This document shows positions 8,344-18,432 of a stretch of 64,000 nucleotides of DNA, in pieces. The position numbers and the translations under genes are program-made. The notes beneath the pieces are model-generated. The model saw nothing but the letters and a program-made list of their open reading frames with translations. It made no database searches and was not told the origin of the DNA. Position 1 is the first letter of the stretch, and each line of letters starts with the position of its first letter. The DNA comes from a virus: the IMG/VR virus record IMGVR_UViG_3300050821_003228, positions 1 through 64,000 of that record; one strand, given 5' to 3'.

Positions 8344-10824
8344 TTATTTCTTCCAATAGACCTCCACGTTATAATCTGTCTCCATGACAAGCTTTTTAAA
8401 CTTCCGAGCAGCGGCTTCTTTAATGCATTGACTGATCAACTTTCCCATTTCTTCACCATGCCGCTTTGGAACCTTAATCAACAACTCATCATGAACCATT
8501 TTAATCAACTGTGCTTTATATTCCGGCAAACGGTGCCACAATGTTGCCATTGCAATTTTAATAATTGTGGCGTTCGTGCTTTGAATCGGGTGGTTCTTAC
8601 CTGCCCTCTCAATGCTTCCAGACATAGCTTTGAAGGCGTTACCAACTTCAAAATCAGTCGGCTTCCTGTGAGTCAATATCCACTTCTCGGAGTCAACATC
8701 AGATAGCCCACCTTCCGGCTTACGTCCCGTTTCAATGATAAAATCGCTGATATTCTTATCAGCAATCTTCTTGTCAAATAGAAGTTTTTCTTTCCTGTCT
8801 TCCTTCGCTTTATAGAGTGCCCGTTCCCAAGTCGGCTCTGGAAAGAGACGGCGACGGCCATACATATCAAACGACTTCTTTAACATCTTCGCTGACTTAC
8901 CAGATGCTTCTAAATAGGTCCAGAGGATCGGAAAACTCTGCCGATGCTTCTCTAGAATTTCCTTCGCCCGAGATAACGGTTTTTTCAACTGAGTAGCGAG
9001 ATTAGACGGCCCCCCACCATAAGGAATCAGGAAGTTCGGAACCTTCGTTTCATCACGAAGTTCCTTATGCTTAGGACAATTACATTTATATCTCTGTGGT
9101 TCTCCATCCTCTTTTAACTTGAAATAAGCACAATCATCTAACGCGAGAGTCGGCCATTCATCAGGATATTGAATCTCTGTACAAACCGCATGTAAATCTT
9201 CTCCACGATTAAAAGCATCAATCCAAACCGGTTCACCCGACAATTCGGCAAGAATACGAAGTTCAGCCCCACTCATATCGGCCTTTACATAAACCATTTC
9301 CTCCCCATCTTCATCAGGACCAACTATAAAGCAGGAACGAATTTCTTTCTCAGTTTTGATATTTTGCCCATTTGGATGTGAACTGCTTGAGCGGCCCGTT
9401 TCTGCTTCATACTGATTATACTGTGAATGTAATTTCCCATCGCCCGGATGTAGCCACCCCTCTTCTTTACAAGGATGAGTAGTCCACGTTTGTGTCCATG
9501 CCATACCATAAGTATTAATTTCTTTCGATAATTCACGATACTTCTGGATCAGTTTGATAACCGGGAATTGAGAGAACTCCTGAAGCGTATCATCGCCAGT
9601 GTCTTTCAACTTCGCTAACGTCTTATTCATCTGCCCGAGTGCTTCTATCAACTGCACGCCGGAATCGTAATTTATTAACGCCTCACCTTCACACTTATCA
9701 CTCAACTTTTTAATCTCAGAATACTTCCTACGAAGTGCGTAATGCTTCTCTTTCAGTAATTCTTTCTGATGTTTTCTCCCTTCCTCTAATCTGACTTGTT
9801 CCTCACGAAGTAACTGCTTCAGTGTTAAGTCTTTTTCTTTCCTGATTTGTGCCCGAAGATTGACTTCTTCATCTGTTACAATATTCAAACTCTTCCACTT
9901 CTTTTCAGCTTCATCAAGTTGCTCTTGTGTGATCGTTTCTTTCTTAGAACCAACAATCGGCAAGAAATGACGATCTAATTCATCAAGTGTATTTTTCAAG
10001 TCTTGTTTTCGGGCATCAATATTCTTCGTCCACTTCTCTTTATCAATATGCTCCCCATTGATATGCATGTCTACAAATGCGCCGATAGCGTTGTTCTCAA
10101 TCTCGGCTATTTCACGAAGATCATCACCAAAGAGATACTTCGGAAGATGATCTAATTGCTTCGTCATCTTGCCTGATAGAATAATATTCTGCATCGCTCT
10201 GATAGCAAGCGGAAGTCTTGTATCTAACGCGGCATATTCAATCTGCTCTTGTGTCAATGGACCAGTCAAATTGAATGACATCTGTAGCTCTTTATTAATC
10301 TGAACACCGAAATAGCGGGCCATCATGTTTTCCATATCATAGAATTCATAATGTTTCAGACTATGATCCCCGGCCCAAATACATCGCTCAACTAATGAAC
10401 AATCGAAGAATTTCCACGGACGTAACCCGAAATTCCAGCGCGAAGTCATGTACTCGAATGATAAATTTACTCCAACCCACGTAATTTTACCGCCCTCAAG
10501 GTGCGGCTGTAACATATCAAATAGTTTTTTTAATTTAGGCGCTTTATTTAAATTTTTACCAAAATATCCTTGACAATTTTGTAATAAATTTGTATCACCA
10601 TTACAAAGAGAAAGAAAATCTATTACGAATTGTTTATTTTGATTACCAAACTGAAATGTTCTACAATAACGCCAAAAATAATCTTTTGTTGGCAAAGTTT
10701 CACAGTCCCAACCAACATGGGACAAAGATTTTAAAAACGCATCAATTAAATCAAAACCATTCTCATCATTGATTATCACTGCTTGCAAGGGCGGATTCAA
10801 TATTAATGCCTTTGGCTCGTTCAT
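8344..10824 (-). CDS. polA: family A DNA polymerase with 3'-5' exonuclease
   Basis: Exo DCET and YAALD; TGRSSS; motif A KADMSGAELR; motif B R..K..NF...YG; motif C VHDEL. Confidence 0.95.
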   Translation of the reverse strand: MNEPKALILNPPLQAVIINDENGFDLIDAFLKSLSHVGWDCETLPTKDYFWRYCRTFQFGNQNKQFVIDFLSLCNGDTNLLQNCQGYFGKNLNKAPKLKKLFDMLQPHLEGGKITWVGVNLSFEYMTSRWNFGLRPWKFFDCSLVERCIWAGDHSLKHYEFYDMENMMARYFGVQINKELQMSFNLTGPLTQEQIEYAALDTRLPLAIRAMQNIILSGKMTKQLDHLPKYLFGDDLREIAEIENNAIGAFVDMHINGEHIDKEKWTKNIDARKQDLKNTLDELDRHFLPIVGSKKETITQEQLDEAEKKWKSLNIVTDEEVNLRAQIRKEKDLTLKQLLREEQVRLEEGRKHQKELLKEKHYALRRKYSEIKKLSDKCEGEALINYDSGVQLIEALGQMNKTLAKLKDTGDDTLQEFSQFPVIKLIQKYRELSKEINTYGMAWTQTWTTHPCKEEGWLHPGDGKLHSQYNQYEAETGRSSSSHPNGQNIKTEKEIRSCFIVGPDEDGEEMVYVKADMSGAELRILAELSGEPVWIDAFNRGEDLHAVCTEIQYPDEWPTLALDDCAYFKLKEDGEPQRYKCNCPKHKELRDETKVPNFLIPYGGGPSNLATQLKKPLSRAKEILEKHRQSFPILWTYLEASGKSAKMLKKSFDMYGRRRLFPEPTWERALYKAKEDRKEKLLFDKKIADKNISDFIIETGRKPEGGLSDVDSEKWILTHRKPTDFEVGNAFKAMSGSIERAGKNHPIQSTNATIIKIAMATLWHRLPEYKAQLIKMVHDELLIKVPKRHGEEMGKLISQCIKEAAARKFKKLVMETDYNVEVYWKK

Positions 10825-11374
10825 TTTCCTCCACATATTTTACAATATTTTTTAACTCTGACAAAGTGCCGTCGCTTTTAATTCTATTGGCTCTCCATGA
10901 TATAATACAAATATTACCTTTAATATATCCCAATTCAGGCACTATTCTATCGATAGATGGCGAATTATTTTGTCGGCCTTTTGTACCAATGATAATAGGA
11001 ATATTTAAAACCGGACAAATAGTGGGAATTACAAAATCATCTTCAGTTAAATTAAAAGATAACTTTAATTTATTCGCCCGCTTTCGTGCATCCCCAAGTA
11101 GACGGGTAGAAATAGTTTTTTCATAATATAATCTATGCTTTTTAACAAGTTTTTCTGCATTTTTAGCAGCATATATTTTAACTTTTTTAATTATTTCTTC
11201 ACGATTTTTTAAATAATATGCTCTCGCATATTCTTTTCGTTCTCGTTTTTTACTCTTACGATAATTTAAATGGCACTCATTACACCAGCACTGTTTTTTC
11301 GATACAGTTGAAGAACACAATGAAAATTGATCTTCAAATTTAACTGCCCCACATTTAGGGCATAATTTAGTCAT
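10766..11374 (-). CDS. HNH homing endonuclease
   Basis: CPKC..CNEC Zn-finger; CPVL..PSIDRI..GY..GN....S..AN..K. Confidence 0.85.
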   Translation of the reverse strand: MTKLCPKCGAVKFEDQFSLCSSTVSKKQCWCNECHLNYRKSKKRERKEYARAYYLKNREEIIKKVKIYAAKNAEKLVKKHRLYYEKTISTRLLGDARKRANKLKLSFNLTEDDFVIPTICPVLNIPIIIGTKGRQNNSPSIDRIVPELGYIKGNICIISWRANRIKSDGTLSELKNIVKYVEENERAKGINIESALASSDNQ

Positions 11375-11463
11375 AGGTTAATTATATTATAAATAAATAT
11401 CAAAGTCAAGTAAAATTTTTAAGTATAATTGACTTTTCCTAACAATATTGGTAAACTAGTAAC

Positions 11464-11880
11464 ATGAACGCTTTTACCGTTATGTTTGACGGCAGTTGTG
11501 CTCAAAATCCGGGCGGTATGGGCGCTTATGGTTATATCGTATACAAGGGCGCTGAAAAGATTCATGAAGGATACGGTAAAATCGGCCAATGGGACACGAT
11601 GACTAACAACTTCGCTGAATTTTATGCCCTCTATAAAGGATTAGAATATCTCTATTCTATCACAACCTTTCCTGTAATCATAGTCATAAAGGGCGATTCA
11701 GACTTAGTGATCAAAATTATGAGCAATAAATGGAAAGCGCGAAGGGATCGGCCATATTACAAAGCCTATGAAGAAGCGGCCAAATATGTCCGATTATTAC
11801 GAAACTCGGGCGGGCATCTGACGTTCAACTGGATACCAAGAGAGATGAATCAAGAATGTGACGACCTGAGTAAACGATAG
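11464..11880 (+). CDS. rnhA: ribonuclease HI-family protein
   Basis: FDGS..NPG, TNNFAE, GDSDLV, WIPRE.N..D. Confidence 0.9.
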   Translation: MNAFTVMFDGSCAQNPGGMGAYGYIVYKGAEKIHEGYGKIGQWDTMTNNFAEFYALYKGLEYLYSITTFPVIIVIKGDSDLVIKIMSNKWKARRDRPYYKAYEEAAKYVRLLRNSGGHLTFNWIPREMNQECDDLSKR

Positions 11881-12488
11881 AGACTTTAGACTCTAGTCGA
11901 AAGACTCTTGACAAGTGTTGTATAATTATAATAGTAGTAAAATACTGGTAGCTTCCCGGCACTGCGTATACCTTAATTAACGGGCCGATTGTTTGGCCAT
12001 TTTGTAATTGATACCGATAATTATCAAGTAACAGCGTAATCTGTTATCAAAATGGAATGTTAACCTGATGTAATTCCCGGCGATAGATGGAACCTATACT
12101 GAAAGGCATCAGAGGCATCAACTTTATCTCGTATTGTAGCGAGAGAGGAATAGAATATTGCAGGTAGCCAGAACTAACCCATCTGGAACTCAAGCTTGCT
12201 TACCAAGCCAGTGCAGTAATAACTACTTTAGTATCAACATCTTACAAGATATGCTAACGATACTAAAATTAGCTATTATTATTCTAGAATTCAATAATAT
12301 ACAACCAATTATCGAAATAAGACTAGCTTACTAACTTTCAGGTAGGGTTGAGCCGGGTTGTGTTTTTTAATATGTAATAAATACACTAATGTTTACTAAA
12401 CAGTAATAGCTAGTCAATTTGTTTACTTTATAGTAACTATTAAATATTTATTTTCTCTTTGTTTTCAATGGTTTATACTGTTTTGCTA

Positions 12489-12517
12489 TTGACATTTGTA
12501 TAAACAGGGTGTATAAT
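12489..12517 (+). promoter_or_regulatory. sigma70-type promoter
   Basis: TTGACA-17-TATAAT. Confidence 0.8.
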
Positions 12518-12735
12518 TTTATTATAGGGTTAAGTAATAGCCCTAACGATAATAGGGGTGGGCCTCCTCCGGGTCAGCTAAATACTGACTTCCTGCCCCT
12601 TCTTTTAGTGGGGTTGCGTATTTATTACGTCCATTCTTAATAGAGCTTAGCTCCGCATCCCACTATTTTAATTGTTACAATTTGGAGGGAGACTAGCTCC
12701 GTGAAAATCGGAGCGTTTTGTTTTTAGGAGGAGAT

Positions 12736-13071
12736 ATGGGTATTTATCAAATAGATAACCAAGAAGTAACTGATGTTAAATCAGTAAGTTATATGGATCG
12801 GGATGAACAGTTAGAACTTCCTTTTCCACCCCCGGCGCAAGTAAATCCGAAAGAAAGGGTTGAAAGTCCTCGGGAGAAGATGTTGCGTGAAAAGCAAGAG
12901 CAAGAAGAGTTGTTCCGTCAATTTAGGACTGTTCTTCAAGGTCGAGATGTCGCAACGGAACATAAGCAACAAGTCTTTATCACAGTCTTGAATAACTTTA
13001 AAAACGGGAATCCAGCGATTTCAAATCTTTCTCGTTCCTTCCTTCTTGAGTTTCTATTGCGTGGTTTATAA
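12736..13071 (+). CDS. hypothetical protein
   Basis: AGGAGG SD. Confidence 0.6.
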   Translation: MGIYQIDNQEVTDVKSVSYMDRDEQLELPFPPPAQVNPKERVESPREKMLREKQEQEELFRQFRTVLQGRDVATEHKQQVFITVLNNFKNGNPAISNLSRSFLLEFLLRGL

Positions 13072-13456
13072 ACTTTATACCGATGGCGCGGTCACTCGTA
13101 ATCCCGGTGGGACTGCCTCATATGGTTTCGTTCTTTTTCTTGATGATCAAGAAATTAGCTTTGGGTATGGCATTATTGGTTCTAGTGCGAAAATGAATAA
13201 TGTACTCGCAGAATATTATGCCATTTCTCAAGGGTTAGCGGACTTTACCCGACATTGGGATAAGCCGAAGAGTCAGTTGTATATTTACAACGATTCAAAA
13301 TACGTTGTTAGCCAAGTATGGAAAGATCGAATAGTTGGCTTTCAATTGCAACAATTGCAACAACATCTTGACGTTAAAGTAGCATGGATTCCTCGAATAC
13401 AAAATATTCGGGCCGATGATCTGGCGAAACGTTTAAGATCGCCTGAAATTGCCTAG
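13061..13456 (+). CDS. second ribonuclease HI-family protein
   Basis: TDGA..NPG, NN.AEY, NDSKYV, WIPR.QN.RAD. Confidence 0.85.
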   Translation: MVYKLYTDGAVTRNPGGTASYGFVLFLDDQEISFGYGIIGSSAKMNNVLAEYYAISQGLADFTRHWDKPKSQLYIYNDSKYVVSQVWKDRIVGFQLQQLQQHLDVKVAWIPRIQNIRADDLAKRLRSPEIA

Positions 13457-13477
13457 CATACTTCAGGCAAGGATAAT

Positions 13478-14092
13478 ATGGCTAATATTGCTCAGGCCCC
13501 TGTACAGTTTAGTGGGCCTTATACAGTTTTAACAGGAACAAGCGTTCAGTACATTCCGACAACTGCTGCCGGTGTGACTGCTGGTTTGCCTTCTGGAAAC
13601 TTTTTTTTAACCGCACCACAATCTGATCTTTTGAATGGAGCGAGTTTCAGGGTGAGGTTCGGTGGTTGGTACAAGTCTCACGGCACATCACAAACTCTTG
13701 CTCTTGGTTTGTATTGTAACCCGTTCACTAGTTCAAATAACCCGACTGGTAACGGAACATTGACATCCGCAACAGCAGTGGCTTCTGGTACTTTGACTGC
13801 CGGAACTGTTTATAATTTTTATTTCAATCAGGAATTTTTTGGAGATTCAACTGCCGGAACATTGTCATTTGGTACTCCGACAATTTTGATTGCTGGTGCG
13901 GGCGTAACACAAGCGTCTAGTACAACCCCACTTGCTGTTACATTTGCTTCAGGAAGTCAGACTTCTCCTGTAACTGGTATTAACACGACTTATGATTGGC
14001 CGTTGGCTAATTTCTATGTCGGTATTACAGACGGCGTATCTGATACAGCGGCAACGCTTCAGTTGACAGAATTTTATATGAGTCAAGCGTAA
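13478..14092 (+). CDS. Thr/Gly-rich putative virion structural protein
   Basis: Beta-rich composition. Confidence 0.5.
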   Translation: MANIAQAPVQFSGPYTVLTGTSVQYIPTTAAGVTAGLPSGNFFLTAPQSDLLNGASFRVRFGGWYKSHGTSQTLALGLYCNPFTSSNNPTGNGTLTSATAVASGTLTAGTVYNFYFNQEFFGDSTAGTLSFGTPTILIAGAGVTQASSTTPLAVTFASGSQTSPVTGINTTYDWPLANFYVGITDGVSDTAATLQLTEFYMSQA

Positions 14093-14113
14093 CGCGGGAC
14101 TGAAAGGAAAATC

Positions 14114-14635
14114 ATGTTTGATTATATTTCACAAGGACCGCCTACCGCTCAAGTACCGGGCGCAGGATCATATGCTCTTGCGGCTGATGTTTTGAATGGT
14201 GCGCTCTATGTTGGTACAGGCGGCGTTTGGAAACCAGCAGGAAGTGGTATAGTAGCTTCATTAAGTCTTACCGCACAAACCTCGGCTTCTAACGTCAATT
14301 CACTTTATACACCAACTTCAACGACAACTGGAATGTATGCTCTTGATTGGTACACGAAGTTGACTACGACAGGAACTTCTCCTGTTCTTGGTCCTTTTGT
14401 TGTAACGTATAAAGATGCGGTTGATAACGTTTCTCAGAGTGTAACTGCTCTTGGACAAACACAGGCGGGCGCTGCTGCAACAAGTTTGACAGCAACTACA
14501 ACGGGCCAGATTCTTTCTGGAACGTTGATTATTAATGCTGGAACTGCTGCTGCAATTTCTACAACATTGACTGTTTCTGGTACTATCGGGGCCGCACTAT
14601 ATGAATTGTACGTAAGGCTGGAGTTTTTAGGCTAA
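14114..14635 (+). CDS. Thr/Gly-rich putative virion structural protein
   Basis: N-terminus FDYI..GPPT shared with ORF 51185. Confidence 0.5.
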   Translation: MFDYISQGPPTAQVPGAGSYALAADVLNGALYVGTGGVWKPAGSGIVASLSLTAQTSASNVNSLYTPTSTTTGMYALDWYTKLTTTGTSPVLGPFVVTYKDAVDNVSQSVTALGQTQAGAAATSLTATTTGQILSGTLIINAGTAAAISTTLTVSGTIGAALYELYVRLEFLG

Positions 14636-14669
14636 TAGTTAAAATATTCCCTCTCTTGGGGGAAATATC

Positions 14670-14726
14670 GGGAGCGGTGACAGCAACATCATAATGATTA
14701 CTGCTAGTCCGCTCCCAATTTTTTTC
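14670..14726 (+). terminator. probable intrinsic terminator
   Basis: GGGAGCGG..CCGCTCCC followed by T-run. Confidence 0.6.
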
Positions 14727-14737
14727 TTGAGGAAAAT

Positions 14738-15163
14738 ATGAAATGTCGTGTCAGGATTAATAAGCACGCACTAAATTACTTCCGCAAGAAAGCAAAGGAT
14801 GCACAGCCAAAGGAAATACAGGCATTTTTGATTGGCCGTGTTATCAGTCCAGAATTAACAATTGTAGATGAAGTTCATTATACGAAAGAATATGCTGAAC
14901 AATCGTCGTCAACTGTTCGTTGGTGGATGAATGATTATGAAATAGTGAAGAAAGGCGCGGAGGAGCGAGGTTTGAGAGTGGTAGGAGATTTGCATTCTCA
15001 TCCTAACTGGTTGCCGATCATGTCTTCGACTGACTATCGTTCTCATATTGAAGAAGGTTTTCGTATATGTGGAATTTGTAGTGTAATCGGGCGAAAGACA
15101 AAGGTATTTTTTTGGACTAGTGAAAGCGCTCTACCATGTTGTGTAGAGCATGAAGCCAGATAA
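14738..15163 (+). CDS. JAB/MPN+ metallo-isopeptidase
   Basis: E..(n)..HSHP....S..D JAMM motif. Confidence 0.85.
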   Translation: MKCRVRINKHALNYFRKKAKDAQPKEIQAFLIGRVISPELTIVDEVHYTKEYAEQSSSTVRWWMNDYEIVKKGAEERGLRVVGDLHSHPNWLPIMSSTDYRSHIEEGFRICGICSVIGRKTKVFFWTSESALPCCVEHEAR

Positions 15164-15470
15164 TAAAGTCAATAGCACAAGATTACAAAAGAATTTTTTA
15201 AGGAATTTGATTCGTGATGAAAGGCTTCATCCGAATAAACGATTTCTTGCTGTTCTTCTTCTTTCTCATCTAGAAGAAACCCACCCTCGGGCACTTCTTG
15301 AATCGTTGATTAAGGAACAATTTGGAACGCCGGAGAAGGCGAAGATACATAGTGATGGAGAAGGTGATATAGAAACAGCGTTAGATTCAAATGCAGCGAA
15401 GGAATTAAAAGAAGAATGGAAAACTATTCTTATGGAGGAGAATAATGCAAGTAGCGTTTCCACAGATTAG
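15150..15470 (+). CDS. hypothetical protein
   Basis: Tightly packed ORF. Confidence 0.5.
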   Translation: MKPDNKVNSTRLQKNFLRNLIRDERLHPNKRFLAVLLLSHLEETHPRALLESLIKEQFGTPEKAKIHSDGEGDIETALDSNAAKELKEEWKTILMEENNASSVSTD

Positions 15471-15660
15471 TAAGGAAGAGACACAGAAGTTTGCAAAGGT
15501 TTGGACGTATAATGGAATTGTTGTTTCACTAGATGATACGGCACTTCAGTTTGCAACTGACTTCTCGAATGTTTTATTGAGGCAGGTATTTTCAGGAATG
15601 GCACAGGCCGCACAGTTGGCGGAACAGAAACAAGAAGAAAAGAAAGTGGTGGTAGAGTAA
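15445..15660 (+). CDS. hypothetical protein
   Basis: GGAGGAG SD. Confidence 0.6.
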   Translation: MQVAFPQISKEETQKFAKVWTYNGIVVSLDDTALQFATDFSNVLLRQVFSGMAQAAQLAEQKQEEKKVVVE

Positions 15661-15902
15661 TGATAAATACACAATGTCAAGCTGATACCCAACCGCAAGT
15701 TGATAATGCGTGGGGTGGTAGTACATATACATATCCATATGGTCATGTTTGCCCGTATTGTGGGCGTTGCCGTGGTTGTGGCGGGCATCCTTATCCAACA
15801 AATCCATATTCTTGGCCCACCTATCCTTGGAATCAGCCAATTTGGTGTGGCACAACTAATGTGGGAAGTACATCGAACGATCAATATCAAGTATGGAACT
15901 AA
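15660..15902 (+). CDS. small Cys/Pro/Tyr-rich protein
   Basis: CPYCGRCRGCG; TAATG coupling. Confidence 0.55.
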   Translation: MINTQCQADTQPQVDNAWGGSTYTYPYGHVCPYCGRCRGCGGHPYPTNPYSWPTYPWNQPIWCGTTNVGSTSNDQYQVWN

Positions 15903-16226
15903 ATGGGCATATTCAGTGGCATTACTACTAGTGACGGTGTGTTATTGGCAATAGCAGTAACTACTGCGTGGAATACTCGACAAACAAGCAAGATTAAATC
16001 AACTGGTGAAGCAACTCACATTTTGTCGAATAGCTCGATGGGTGAGCAAAAGAAGACGAATGTTGAATTAGCAACTCAGATTGCAAAACTTTCACATTAC
16101 ATTGCAACGTTAACTAATACTGAAGATGCTCGTATGGCCGCTTCTGCCGCCGATGTTTTAGTGAAAGAAAAAGAAGCTATTTATAAAGACCATCTAGTGA
16201 AGCAAGCAATTGTAGATGCGAAATGA
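15903..16226 (+). CDS. hypothetical protein with N-terminal hydrophobic segment
   Basis: Abuts upstream stop. Confidence 0.55.
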   Translation: MGIFSGITTSDGVLLAIAVTTAWNTRQTSKIKSTGEATHILSNSSMGEQKKTNVELATQIAKLSHYIATLTNTEDARMAASAADVLVKEKEAIYKDHLVKQAIVDAK

Positions 16227-16301
16227 AATACGTAGATAAAACTTTTACACTTCCGGCGAATACTTCAAAAATATCTCAGAAGGAATGGGATCGAATTTTT
16301 A

Positions 16302-16793
16302 ATGAAGCAGATAATAAAGAATTTGTTCGTGGGAGACAAGGAAGACGCGCCGATAGCAATAAGTAAGGATTTTGCAGTTGCTTCCATGTGCAAAGAGTCG
16401 CCTTATGGACACCGATATATGGTTGGATATAAAACCCCTGGTGCTACACCCGGCCCTGACTACTACTTTATTAAACGCGGTAAGCAATTTGCCGCTAACC
16501 TCATTGACATTGAAAACCCCAATTTTATACCAGAGGAGGTCATAAATCCGGCCCTCGACTTCATTCGTGAACATTATGATAAGGGAGAGAAAGTTTTAAT
16601 AAGGTGTGAGCGAGGAAAAAGTCGTTCGCCTTCAACTTGTTTGCTTTTTCTTCGTTCAATCGGAGAAATGCCGTATTCATTCAAAACGGCAGAGAAGATA
16701 TTTAAAACGCTTTATCGTCCGTATGATCCGTCTAACGGAATTCGTGCTTATGTTCGGACTCATTGGAATGAAATAGGAAACAAAAATGGCTGA
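16302..16793 (+). CDS. dual-specificity protein phosphatase
   Basis: LFVG..; VLIRCERGKSRS (Cx5R). Confidence 0.85.
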   Translation: MKQIIKNLFVGDKEDAPIAISKDFAVASMCKESPYGHRYMVGYKTPGATPGPDYYFIKRGKQFAANLIDIENPNFIPEEVINPALDFIREHYDKGEKVLIRCERGKSRSPSTCLLFLRSIGEMPYSFKTAEKIFKTLYRPYDPSNGIRAYVRTHWNEIGNKNG

Positions 16794-17433
16794 TAAACCG
16801 GCTGAACAAGCGCCTGAGTTATTAAGGAAAATTCTTAAAGGTCCGGTTGAGGATGGGCTATATACTGTTCCGACAGAAAAGTTAACAGTTGAAGAGGAAA
16901 CCGAAGCAGCCAAGAGAAGGATGCGTTGGGTAAGAATAGCTGATTACGCTGATGAGACATGCGGTATATCAAACACTCTTGATCCTGAAGCTGCTTATTT
17001 ATGTGGCGGGCGGGAAGATGGATCGTCATCTCCCTGTAATATGTTTCGTGGCAATGGTGATAATCGTTGCCTAATACTTGAGGGCGGGCCGATGAAAAAG
17101 CCTCACCTGTCTTCTTGTGGTAAATGGGAAATTCGTAATGATGGTGATCCCGAGGGTGATTCTTGTCATAAAGGATTTTTTTCTGCTGCTGATTTAAGTT
17201 TTGGCGTTACTAAGAATCCGCAGGGTTGGGGATGCGTTCGTTGTGAATACGGGCAGAAGTTTATGCCGGAACCTGACTCTGAAGGTCGAACACGTTTCTG
17301 TCAACTTGCTAATATCGCTGTAGGAGAAAAAGCTTGTTGTCGTAGAAATGAAGCGATAAAGATTGAAGAAAAAGAAGAATCGAAAGATAAAGCGCTAGAT
17401 TCAGTGAAAGACATATTGGGTGGTAAAGGATAA
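16786..17433 (+). CDS. Cys-rich hypothetical protein
   Basis: Multiple Cys clusters. Confidence 0.6.
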   Translation: MADKPAEQAPELLRKILKGPVEDGLYTVPTEKLTVEEETEAAKRRMRWVRIADYADETCGISNTLDPEAAYLCGGREDGSSSPCNMFRGNGDNRCLILEGGPMKKPHLSSCGKWEIRNDGDPEGDSCHKGFFSAADLSFGVTKNPQGWGCVRCEYGQKFMPEPDSEGRTRFCQLANIAVGEKACCRRNEAIKIEEKEESKDKALDSVKDILGGKG

Positions 17434-17438
17434 AAGAT

Positions 17439-17735
17439 ATGGCAATGGATTCGGTAAAAGATATATTAGGCGGGCACGAAGCACATAAACCGGCCAAGAA
17501 AATAAAAGAAATTCGTCATCGTCATGGTGCAGATGGTTCGCATATATTTGAGCACCACCACACCCATCCAGAACATCACCCGATGGAAGAACATACTGCC
17601 CCACACGATGATGCCGCTATCGAACATTTTATGCAGAATGCTACACAACCGGCAGAAGGTCAGGCGGAAGCCGAAGCTGGACAGCATGGAATTCCTGAAG
17701 GAACTCCGGGCGCTCCTCCACCGATGGTAGGATAA
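17439..17735 (+). CDS. His-rich hypothetical protein
   Basis: DSVKDILGG motif also at C-terminus of upstream ORF. Confidence 0.65.
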   Translation: MAMDSVKDILGGHEAHKPAKKIKEIRHRHGADGSHIFEHHHTHPEHHPMEEHTAPHDDAAIEHFMQNATQPAEGQAEAEAGQHGIPEGTPGAPPPMVG

Positions 17736-17743
17736 GGCATGTA

Positions 17744-17998
17744 ATGGTTCCCGAGGGTTGGCATTTTTATAATCCTAAAACGGGCGAAGAAATAAAGGAA
17801 ACTATGGTACATAATAAAGGTTTATATCATGCGATAAATCATCTTCATAAAGGCGGGTTGCATAAGGTACTCCATGTGCCTGAGGGAGAAAAAATTCCGG
17901 CTGAACGGCTTGAAGCTGCTCGACACTCAACGAACAGCCACGTTAAACATATGGCCGATTTCGCGCATGTGTTAGGTGGTTTTCATCATGGTAGTTAA
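17744..17998 (+). CDS. small basic phage protein
   Basis: KGGLH..L.VPEGEKIP motif typical of small phage late proteins. Confidence 0.65.
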   Translation: MVPEGWHFYNPKTGEEIKETMVHNKGLYHAINHLHKGGLHKVLHVPEGEKIPAERLEAARHSTNSHVKHMADFAHVLGGFHHGS

Positions 17999-18416
17999 GT
18001 TATTGAGTTTAGTTTTATTACTTTGTTCATTCTGTTTTGTTTCTATAGCACAAGAATTGCCCGGCGCACCTGTTCCTCAAATTTCAGTTGAACATCCAAA
18101 ATTTTTTGATGGTTGGCAACAAGGAAAAGATCACATTCGGACAAATAAGCAGACGATGAAAAGTCCGTGGTTTTGGGCACCTGAAATGATGATGTATAGT
18201 GCCGTGATTATTGATGTAAAAATAAATCAAGGACTTCCAGCAACTAGGGGGTTGAGCGGTAAAGAAATGTACCTTGATGCTTTATTGCCCGCTGTAGCAT
18301 GTACAGGAATGCATTATGTTGCAGATCGTTGGGTATGGCGTCCAGTTGGATTAGGATTAGTTGGTTATTTTATTGTTAGACATACGAATGGAGCAGCAAG
18401 ACAGGTGTATCCGTGA
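17988..18416 (+). CDS. exported/membrane protein
   Basis: Signal-peptide-like N-terminus. Confidence 0.55.
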   Translation: MVVKLLSLVLLLCSFCFVSIAQELPGAPVPQISVEHPKFFDGWQQGKDHIRTNKQTMKSPWFWAPEMMMYSAVIIDVKINQGLPATRGLSGKEMYLDALLPAVACTGMHYVADRWVWRPVGLGLVGYFIVRHTNGAARQVYP

Positions 18417-18432
18417 GGAGTAGGTTTTTAGA

